NCBI GenBank assembly: GCA_015660865.1
Contig: JACTUA010000002.1
Location: 60,548 to 124,547 of the forward strand
Direction of reading: 5' to 3'
Source: Methanomicrobiales archaeon
Lineage (GTDB): Archaea; Halobacteriota; Methanomicrobia; Methanomicrobiales; JACTUA01
Length of the DNA stretch: 64,000 nt
Below the pieces are notes generated by a model. The model worked only from the letters and a program-made list of their open reading frames with translations. It did not search any database and had not been told where the DNA came from. This document shows, one piece after another, positions 56,982-64,000 of this stretch (the stretch's first letter is position 1; each line of letters starts with the position of its first letter). The translations under genes were made by a program, and so were the position numbers.

Positions 56982-57950
56982 TCACTTTGACTCCTCCTTC
57001 CCAAGCACCGTGATCCTCCTCGTGAGGGACTTGTGCACCCGCTGCCTGTGGACCTGGAGCACGGTAAAGAGGGAACCCGCGATACCCTCGATATCCCGGT
57101 GGGTAACCACAACGGCCCTCCGCCCAGGCTGGAGGACCCTGTGTATCTCCCTGAGAGCTCCGGTGTAGAGATCATCGAGGTTCGGGCTCCGGATCCAGGA
57201 CGACGTCCCATACGGGAGATCGGTCACAATTGCATCCACCGACCCGGCCCTCAGGGGGATGGCCCGGGCATCAGCGAGAAAGAGAGGTATCGAAGGGAAG
57301 TTCATCCGGCACCCTGCGAGCATCACGGGATCGGCATCGCTTCCCAGGGGGGATGCCCCGACGAGGGCCGCCTCGCCGAGGAGCCCGCCTGTCCCGCAGA
57401 AGGGATCGTAGAGGGTCCCGCCCGGGTGTACCAGGGAGAGGTTCACCACGGCCCGGGCGGTCCGCGGCAGCATCACCCCGGGGTGGAAGAAGGGCCGGTT
57501 GGAGGGTCTTCGGCGGTCATAGCTGCCCCGGTCGATCCTTGAGAGCACCTGCCCGAGGTAGATCCGGTCGCCGGAGAGGATGAGCCGGAACTCGGCCTCG
57601 GGCCGGGTGAGGGAGACCGGGCCCTCGATCAGGGTTCCCACGAGCCGCTCGATAGCGGGAACGGGTTCCCTGACCTCTGATCCAGTCATCCTCTTCACCC
57701 TCGCGGCGAAGGGCCGGCCGGTAGAGAGGGAGAGGTCACGGAGGAGAGAGGAGAGCTCGTCGAGGGAGGGGCCCGAGGAGCCAAGGAACGCGAGGACTGC
57801 ATGAGTGAGGGCCAGGCGGGCGGTAGCATCCGGATCCGGGCATTCGGCAACCGCCACCTGGGTTCTCGCCTCCAGCACCTCTCCCACGCATTCCAGCTCG
57901 GCTACGGGGAGGGTCGGGTGCTCCCCCGAGAGCTCGAAGATGAGCTTCAT
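56982..57950 (-). CDS. trm11: tRNA (guanine(10)-N2)-methyltransferase (Trm11 / aTrm-G10; THUMP plus class I MTase)
   Basis: 322-aa protein from MKLIFELSGEHPTLP with the SAM motif DPFCGTGG and DLPYG. The upstream 366 codons of the track ORF are antisense to the U32 gene and were rejected. Confidence 0.8.
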   Translation of the reverse strand: MKLIFELSGEHPTLPVAELECVGEVLEARTQVAVAECPDPDATARLALTHAVLAFLGSSGPSLDELSSLLRDLSLSTGRPFAARVKRMTGSEVREPVPAIERLVGTLIEGPVSLTRPEAEFRLILSGDRIYLGQVLSRIDRGSYDRRRPSNRPFFHPGVMLPRTARAVVNLSLVHPGGTLYDPFCGTGGLLGEAALVGASPLGSDADPVMLAGCRMNFPSIPLFLADARAIPLRAGSVDAIVTDLPYGTSSWIRSPNLDDLYTGALREIHRVLQPGRRAVVVTHRDIEGIAGSLFTVLQVHRQRVHKSLTRRITVLGKEESK

Positions 57951-58067
57951 CCTTCCTCTCCTCACCATGGGAAGGGGAGGGAGATAAACCACCGGATGCC
58001 AGGACGGGGTGGTGTTCCATCGCAAGGGAGATGAACGGGTGAGGAGGGTACAGAGTAGGGATCCAGG

Positions 58068-60716
58068 ATGGAAGAACCTCCCTTCACAGGGCTCCCGGAG
58101 CTCCTCGCCCCGGCGGGGTCCATGGAAGCCCTCCGTGCCGCCGTTGCCTGCGGAGCGGATGCCGTCTACCTGGGGGGAAAGAGGTTCTCGGCCCGGCAGT
58201 ATGCAGGGAATTTCGATGACAGGGAGATGGAGGAAGCCGTCGACTATGCCCACGGGAGGGGAGTCCGGATCTATGCGGCGGTGAACACCCTCCTCCACGA
58301 CCGTGAGATCCCCGATGCGGGCAGGTACCTGATCTTCCTCTCCGGTATTGGTGTGGATGCCGTTCTCGTCCAGGACCCCGGCCTTGCTGCCCTCGCCCGG
58401 GAGGTAGTCCCCGGCCTGCCTCTCCATGCCTCGACCCAGATGACGATCCACAACCGTGCCGGGCTGGATTGGGCAGCCCGCCTGGGGCTGAAGAGGGTCG
58501 TCCTGGCGCGGGAGCTCTCCCTTGAAGCTGTCCGGGCAATGGGCAAGAGGGCAGAAGAGCTCGGGATCGGGCTCGAGATCTTTGCCCACGGGGCCCTCTG
58601 CTACTCCTACTCGGGGCAGTGCCTCCTCTCCTCGGCCATCGGAGGCCGGAGCGGGAACCGCGGCCGGTGCGCCCAGCCGTGCCGGAAGCCGTACACCCTG
58701 GTCCGGGGGGATGCCGACGAGTACGGGCGTCCCCGGCGGGCCGCCCCCGCCCCTCTCGCGGATAAGTACCTCCTCTCGACGAAGGACCTCTCCCTCTACC
58801 CGTACCTGGACCGGGTCGTCCGTGCGCCCGTGGCTGCCCTCAAGATCGAAGGGAGGATGCGGTCGCCGGAGTATGTTGCCACGGTTACCGGGATCTACCG
58901 GAAGGCGCTTGATGCCATCGCCGCGGGAGCCTGGACCCCATCTCCCGCGGAAGAGGAGGCTCTTGCCCTCACCTTCAACCGGGGGTTCACAGGCGGGTGC
59001 CTCTGCGAGGGCTGGGAGGGCATCATGGGGAGGGATGCCCCCGATCACCGAGGGATCCTCGTCGGGATTGTGGAGTCCCTGGACCGGAGATCGGGATCCA
59101 TCGCCATCCGGCTCACCGGGTCCACCGTACCTGAGAAGGGGGACGGCCTGGTTTTACGGGAGCCGGGGAGGGAAGACCGGGATCTGGGCATGATCCTCAG
59201 GACCAAGCCGTCGATCGACGCGGGCATCCTCTGGATGAAACCTGATCTGGAAGTGCAGCGGAGGGGCGAAGAGGGGATCCAGCCGGGTTCCAGGGTGTTT
59301 ATCACCAGGAGAGCGAGGCTCGCCGACGCAGCAGGATGCTCGACCGCCGGTACATCGACTTCGCCGGAGTCCAGGATCAGGATCGATCTCACGTTTCGGA
59401 TCGGGGAAGGAGACAGACCGGTCCTTGCGGGATCCGTCCAAGGGCCAGGTATACCCGTCACTGTGATACGGCGAGATGCTGATTTCTCGGCCGAGTCTGC
59501 ACGTGCTCATGGACTCGCTGGTGCCGAGATAGAGGAGATACTCTCCCGGAGAGGTGACGCCCCTTACCGGATCGGCCGGGTCACCGTGGACTGGCCCTCA
59601 GGTTGCTATGCGAAGAAGGGCGATATCGGCCGGATGAGGCGGGATCTTCTCGCAGAGGTGGAGAGATCCCTTATCAGGGCAGGGAGGCCGGATCCCGCGC
59701 TCGTACGCGTGGCCGGAGGGAAACTCGAGAGAGCCCTCGCGAAGGAGAGTCCTGCAAGCCCGGGTTCCTTCCAGGGTAAGGCACCTCAAACCCTGTTCAT
59801 GCTCAGCGATACCCTCAACGGGCTGGAGGGGATCGTGGAAGAGGGATCCGGTTATCTCGCCCTCGAACCGCCTTCTCCGAAGGAGAAATACGCAGGTCCG
59901 GATAGCTGTGGGAATGCGGATGAGGTCATCCGGGAGGCGGCCGGGATCTCCAGGGATACTGGCTGGACCCTTCTCTGGAAGTGGCCGCGGATCACGGGAG
60001 ATCCCTGGATCGAGAGCGCATCGGAGATCCTCCATCATGGGAAAATCCCGGGTCTCGCCGGGCTCGCGGTGGAGGGAGCCGGTGCCGCTCTCGCGGCACA
60101 TGCTGCCCTCCCCGGCCTTCCCCTTCACGGCGGTGCTGGCCTGAACGTCTGGAATGCCCGCACGGTGCAGGTACTCTCATCCCTCTTCCATTCCCTTATC
60201 CTCTCCCCTGAGCTCTCGGCCGGGGATCTCACGGACCTTGTTCCCCGGGCCAGGAGCTCGAGAGTTCCTCCCCTCCTCGGGTTCCTCGTGGAAGGGAACC
60301 TCGAGGTGATGGTTGCCGAGGATCGCCTCGCCTCGCTTCTTCCGGAGAGACGTGTCCGGAACCGCAGCCGCCAGTTCGTCGGGATCCGCGACGGAACAGG
60401 GCGTATCTTCCCGATCGAGTCGGACAGGAGCGGGAGGACCCGGATCCTCAACTCGGTGGAGACCTGTCTTATCGACCAGCTGCCGGCTCTCGGAGCACTC
60501 GGGATCGGGCTCCTGGTCATCGATGCCCGGGGCCGGGGCCCCCGCTACGGGAGGGAGATGGCTGCGGTCTACCGCGAAGCTCTCTCCCTCGCGGAATCGG
60601 GAGGAGGCGGAACGGCCCGTGAGCTCGATCACCTGCGGGAGGAGTGCAGGGCACGGGCGCGGGGGGGGATCACCCACGGGAACTTCCTGAGAGGGCTTCG
60701 CGAAGAGGACGGGTAG
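58068..60716 (+). CDS. peptidase U32 family protein, double-length
   Basis: 882-aa ORF. The N-terminal U32 signature is PELLAPAGSMEALRAAVACGADAVYLGG with a conserved Cys-rich segment (ALCYSYSGQCLLSS...GNRGRCAQPCR). The C-terminal half is a second, weaker U32-like barrel. Confidence 0.75.
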   Translation: MEEPPFTGLPELLAPAGSMEALRAAVACGADAVYLGGKRFSARQYAGNFDDREMEEAVDYAHGRGVRIYAAVNTLLHDREIPDAGRYLIFLSGIGVDAVLVQDPGLAALAREVVPGLPLHASTQMTIHNRAGLDWAARLGLKRVVLARELSLEAVRAMGKRAEELGIGLEIFAHGALCYSYSGQCLLSSAIGGRSGNRGRCAQPCRKPYTLVRGDADEYGRPRRAAPAPLADKYLLSTKDLSLYPYLDRVVRAPVAALKIEGRMRSPEYVATVTGIYRKALDAIAAGAWTPSPAEEEALALTFNRGFTGGCLCEGWEGIMGRDAPDHRGILVGIVESLDRRSGSIAIRLTGSTVPEKGDGLVLREPGREDRDLGMILRTKPSIDAGILWMKPDLEVQRRGEEGIQPGSRVFITRRARLADAAGCSTAGTSTSPESRIRIDLTFRIGEGDRPVLAGSVQGPGIPVTVIRRDADFSAESARAHGLAGAEIEEILSRRGDAPYRIGRVTVDWPSGCYAKKGDIGRMRRDLLAEVERSLIRAGRPDPALVRVAGGKLERALAKESPASPGSFQGKAPQTLFMLSDTLNGLEGIVEEGSGYLALEPPSPKEKYAGPDSCGNADEVIREAAGISRDTGWTLLWKWPRITGDPWIESASEILHHGKIPGLAGLAVEGAGAALAAHAALPGLPLHGGAGLNVWNARTVQVLSSLFHSLILSPELSAGDLTDLVPRARSSRVPPLLGFLVEGNLEVMVAEDRLASLLPERRVRNRSRQFVGIRDGTGRIFPIESDRSGRTRILNSVETCLIDQLPALGALGIGLLVIDARGRGPRYGREMAAVYREALSLAESGGGGTARELDHLREECRARARGGITHGNFLRGLREEDG

Positions 60717-60756
60717 CCCCCAAGGTTTTATCGGGCCTTCCCTACATCTCTTTAGC

Positions 60757-61389
60757 ATGAAGATCGTGGCTACGGTCGTGAACGCCCGGGAGGCTGCCTC
60801 TGCGGCAGGGCTTGGCCCTGATCTCATCGAGGTCCGCATCGATCTCATGGATGCGGACCCTGAAGAGGAGGTCCCGTCCATCCGATCGGCATGGAAAGGG
60901 CCGGTCATCCTCACGAACCGGAGCACGGCCGAGGGGGGAAGGTTCAGAGGGGATCCCGGTGAGTGGTGGGAGAGCCTCCAGCCCCTCCTCCGCTTCGGGG
61001 ATCTCGTAGACGTGGAGCTGCCCGTCTCCTCCTTCAGCCCCGAGATACGCCGGCAGGGGAAGAAGATCATCGCATCCCTGCATGCCGATAGGATGCCCTC
61101 AGTCGGGGATCTCTCAAGGATGGCGCTGGAACTCCGGCGGTACGGAGACATCCCCAAGATCGTCGTCCGGCCGGGGAACGAGCACGATCTCCTTGCCTTC
61201 CTGAAATTCACCCTGGATGCCGGAAAACCTATCTGCACCGGCGTCCTGGGAGAGGAGTACCGCTATGCGAGGGTGATCCTCCCCTTCTTCGGTTCAGAGC
61301 TCGCGTACACCCATGCGGGAACCCCTGCGGCACCCGGCCAGTTCTCCCTCGAGGATTTCAGGAAGATCCAGGCCCTCCTGGGGACCTGA
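60757..61389 (+). CDS. aroD: 3-dehydroquinate dehydratase, type I
   Basis: 210-aa ORF with LIEVRIDL and an archaeal AroD-like length. It lies close to aroC/aroE. Confidence 0.75.
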   Translation: MKIVATVVNAREAASAAGLGPDLIEVRIDLMDADPEEEVPSIRSAWKGPVILTNRSTAEGGRFRGDPGEWWESLQPLLRFGDLVDVELPVSSFSPEIRRQGKKIIASLHADRMPSVGDLSRMALELRRYGDIPKIVVRPGNEHDLLAFLKFTLDAGKPICTGVLGEEYRYARVILPFFGSELAYTHAGTPAAPGQFSLEDFRKIQALLGT

Positions 61390-61413
61390 AAAGTATTTTT
61401 AGGGGGGATGGGA

Positions 61414-62364
61414 TCAGCGCCTTCCGGCCCGCCCGATACCCGCGCATACGAGGGATGCTGCAAGGGCAAGGATCGTAGACGGGATACCGAGGGGGACCGG
61501 TTTTGCGGTCGCAGATGCCTGCTCGGGGGGAGCCGTGGACTGCAGTTCGGTACCCAGAGGAGACGGTGAGGTCACAGGCGCGGATACCTGACCTGCCGGC
61601 TGCCCGGTACCCGGAGCGGTGATGATGGAGAAGGCGACATTATCGACATAGCCCTCGGCGATTGCGCTCGGGTTCGTGGAGTCCCCTATCTTGGACATGT
61701 AGATCCGGTTCATGGTGGGGAAGATGGAGACCTCGCCCAGGGTATACTGCCAGACGGGCATGGAATCGTTGCGCCTGGTCACCGAGAGGGTGAGGGTCCG
61801 GGCATCCACGCGGTAGTCCATGATGACATGGTACCAGGTCCCGTCTGAGAACTGGACGGTCGGCCCGCCGTAGGAGAGGTAGTAGGAGGAGGCTTCCCTC
61901 CGCTGGTTTGAGAGGTCGATCGAGCGGATCCAGATGAGCCTGCCGTAGGGCCCGTTCTCGAACTCGGCGAACATGGTGAGGCGCCGGACCGTCACCTAGT
62001 CATCGTCACCGAGCCCGAACTTCACGCTGCTCTGGAAGTCGGTCCTCTCGGGGAGGATATCGAAGGAGAGGGTGAAGGACTCCCCGTGGTAGGGAACCCT
62101 GACATTCACGTAGGCGCCGCTCCCGTCCCTCATCAGGTAGTGGAACATCCCCTTCTCCGCATCGTAGTAATTGGTTACGGGGTTATTGGTTGACCAGTGG
62201 GGATCGATGGAGAAGTCGGTGCTATACACGAGGGTCTCACCGGTCACGTATGCCGGGGTGGGAAGGATGAGTATACCTGGGGCGAGGAGGAGGATGCATG
62301 CGAGGATTAACCTGCTGACTGATGCCCGGATCCATAACATCATGATCGGTTTCTTCCAGAGCAA
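61414..62364 (-). pseudogene. surface-anchored LamG/concanavalin-like protein gene interrupted by one in-frame TAG (61996-61998)
   Basis: Track ORFs 61996-62364 and 61414-61995 are contiguous and in the same frame (...KFGLGDDD-TAG-VTVRRLTMF...). There is an N-terminal signal anchor. The C-terminus has a Ser/Thr/Pro linker, then PLG, a hydrophobic helix and RAGRR. Confidence 0.5.
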
Positions 62365-62457
62365 GAGTGAGACCTCCGGGTTTAAAAATGATCCAGCAGG
62401 CCGAAAGATCCCGGTTCGTACGTAATCTCCAGCGTAAAACCGTCTAAAGCCCCGGGA

Positions 62458-62661
62458 TCACCATGTGCAGGGAGGGTACCGGCCCTCGAGCCCCTCCCAG
62501 CCCGTGAACCCGCAGTAGATGCATCCGTCCCCGTCGCAGTGATGGCATTTCTTCGATGGCTGGCGGACGAGCACTTCTCCCTTCTTGTCGCAGTAGCAGC
62601 ACCCCGCTCCCTCGCAATGGGCACAGAGCTCGGGGGCGTAGGTCTCTTCTTCCGGTTCCAT
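62458..62661 (-). CDS. small Cys-rich protein with two CxxCxGxGCxYC repeats (zinc-ribbon / DnaJ-finger-like)
   Basis: 67-aa protein starting MEPEEETY with CAHCEGAGCCYC and CHHCDGDGCIYC. Its ATG is 4 nt after the aroC stop. Confidence 0.5.
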   Translation of the reverse strand: MEPEEETYAPELCAHCEGAGCCYCDKKGEVLVRQPSKKCHHCDGDGCIYCGFTGWEGLEGRYPPCTW

Positions 62662-62665
62662 GCGT

Positions 62666-63685
62666 TCAGCTCCCCGCATCCTTGCTTTCCCGGGTGAGGT
62701 TGCGGTACTTCGCCTGCTCGAGGAACGCGTCGAGGATGACGAGGGCAACCATGGACTCGGCGACCGGGAGGATCCGGGGCACGATGCAGGGGTCATGCCT
62801 CCCCCTGATCGAGATCGAGACCTCCTTCCCCCGGCGATCGATGGTCCTCTGGGTTTTTGCGATGGAAGGGGTGGGCTTCACCGCGATCCGCGCCACGATC
62901 TCCTGGCCTGTGCTGATCCCCCCCAGGATCCCACCGGCATGGTTGGTCGCGAACCCCTGCCTTGTCATGGCATCGTTGTGCGTGCTCCCCTTCATCCGCA
63001 CTGCAGCAAACCCCTCGCCGATCTCCACCCCCTTCACGGCACCTATCCCCATCAGGGCATGGGCGAGGAGGGCATCGAGCTTGGAAAAGACCGGGTCGCC
63101 GAGCCCTGCCGGGCATCCCGAGACGAGGACTTCCGCGATCCCGCCCACCGAGTCCCCCTCATCCCGGGCCATCTCGATCTCCTTTACCATCGCGTCCGGG
63201 TCCCTCTTCCCGTGGATCTCAAGGATCCGGCCGGTGATCTGTATCCCGTTCCCTGCGAGGTATTTTGCGGCCACCGCCCCGGCTGCGACCCTAGCCACCG
63301 TCTCCCTTCCCGAGGACCTGCCTCCTCCCCGGTGATCGCGGATCCCATACTTGGCCTGGTAGGTGAAGTCCGCGTGTCCCGGCCGGAAGATCTCCTCGAG
63401 CTCCTGGTAGTCTTCCTCGCGGATATCCTGGTTCAGCACCATCATGGTGAGGGGGGCACCGGTGGTCTTCCCCTGGAAGAGGCCGGAGAGGATCTCCACC
63501 CTGTCGGGCTCCCTCCTCGGGGATTCCAGGGGGCTCTTCCCCGGGCGCCTCCGGTCCAGGAAGGGCTGGATATCCCCTTCCGAGAGCGAAAATCCCGGGG
63601 GGCAGCCGTCGATCACGACCCCGAGTGCCTTCCCGTGGCTCTCGCCGAAGGTGGTAACCCGGAAGCTGCGGCCAAAGGTATTCAC
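62666..63685 (-). CDS. aroC: chorismate synthase
   Basis: 339-aa ORF with the N-terminus [18 protein letters not shown] and GRHDPC. Confidence 0.92.
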   Translation of the reverse strand: MNTFGRSFRVTTFGESHGKALGVVIDGCPPGFSLSEGDIQPFLDRRRPGKSPLESPRREPDRVEILSGLFQGKTTGAPLTMMVLNQDIREEDYQELEEIFRPGHADFTYQAKYGIRDHRGGGRSSGRETVARVAAGAVAAKYLAGNGIQITGRILEIHGKRDPDAMVKEIEMARDEGDSVGGIAEVLVSGCPAGLGDPVFSKLDALLAHALMGIGAVKGVEIGEGFAAVRMKGSTHNDAMTRQGFATNHAGGILGGISTGQEIVARIAVKPTPSIAKTQRTIDRRGKEVSISIRGRHDPCIVPRILPVAESMVALVILDAFLEQAKYRNLTRESKDAGS

Positions 63686-64000
63686 CTACACCAGCTCCCT
63701 GATGAGGGATTCGGCGACCTGGATACCCGTGACATGCATGAACTGTTCGCGTGCCTGGTGGATGAACATCTCGGTGCCCGGGATCACACGGCAGCCAGCC
63801 CTGCGCGCAAGCGAGATGAGCGGGGTCTCGGGCGGGGTGTATACCAGGTCAAAGACGGTCATTCCCTCCTCCAGGTCCTCTCTGGTGAGGAGAGATGAGC
63901 GGTCCGGGAGCATCCCGACCGGCGTCGCGTTCACGACCACCTCAGGGCTCAGATCCCTTATGGAGGAGAGGGAGGCGGCCCGGCAGCCGAACCGCGAGGC
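63686..64000 (-). CDS. aroE: shikimate dehydrogenase, C-terminal part (gene continues beyond window end)
   Basis: The frame stays open to position 64000. It contains VVNATPVGM and YTPPETPL, typical of the AroE NADP domain. Its stop abuts the aroC start. Confidence 0.75.
   Translation of the reverse strand, partial: ASRFGCRAASLSSIRDLSPEVVVNATPVGMLPDRSSLLTREDLEEGMTVFDLVYTPPETPLISLARRAGCRVIPGTEMFIHQAREQFMHVTGIQVAESLIRELV

Noticed and set aside
57951-59048. N-terminal 366 codons of the 688-aa minus-strand ORF containing trm11
   Set aside because: The THUMP/MTase protein begins at MKLIFELSGEHP (57950). The upstream part is antisense to the U32 gene and low-complexity.
61996-61998. Reading the in-frame TAG as pyrrolysine
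   Set aside because: No pylS/pylT/pylBCD genes or methylamine methyltransferase genes are in the window, and Pyl use is not expected outside Methanosarcinales/Methanomassiliicoccales-type lineages. It is kept only as something to exclude with the whole genome.
62660-63898. 412-aa + strand ORF over aroC/aroE
   Set aside because: It is antisense to chorismate synthase and shikimate dehydrogenase.
1-64000. CRISPR arrays, IS/transposase, integrase, prophage, toxin-antitoxin or known defence-system genes
   Set aside because: I looked for regularly spaced repeats and for the corresponding protein motifs in all ORFs of 60 aa or more and found none. The only tandem repeat (24049-24180) has no spacers.

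Overview
G+C-rich, densely packed archaeal chromosome segment, almost certainly from a methanogen of the Methanomicrobia type. The markers are CofE (F420 glutamyl ligase), an F390-synthetase-like ligase, beta-RFAP synthase (methanopterin), NifB, two PAN proteasome ATPases, archaeosine tgtA/arcS, MBF1 and a type-A RNase P RNA. I call about 60 protein genes, mostly housekeeping: cimA-ilvB-ilvN, purH, hisF, pheT, ahcY, tpiA, aroD/aroC/aroE, nfnAB, rubrerythrin, msrA, acs, dnaJ, ogg and trm11. I recognised no rRNA, tRNA, CRISPR array, transposase or integrase by eye. Because of the high G+C content, nearly every gene carries long spurious antisense ORFs, which I rejected. The most unusual signal is a family of GC-rich non-coding intergenic elements. 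Two full copies of about 185 nt lie in opposite orientation at 24581-24793 and 42371-42598, with hairpin-preserving substitutions. Two short copies lie at 45217-45263 and 49521-49577. I could not assign this family to any RNA or mobile-element class I know. Other points worth checking:
- a surface-protein gene split by a single in-frame TAG (61996-61998)
- a 27-bp in-frame tandem repeat in front of a thioesterase gene
- a Cys-rich 67-aa ORF coupled to aroC
- tandem paralogous small membrane proteins after a DUF4013 gene
- two visibly lower-G+C modules (TetR+MMPL/RND exporter, and a 1047-aa vWA surface protein)
- an AT-rich island with a perfect 16-bp palindrome
- several conserved-unknown genes translationally coupled to known pathway genes
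All family assignments come from motif recognition in the supplied translations. No database search was run.
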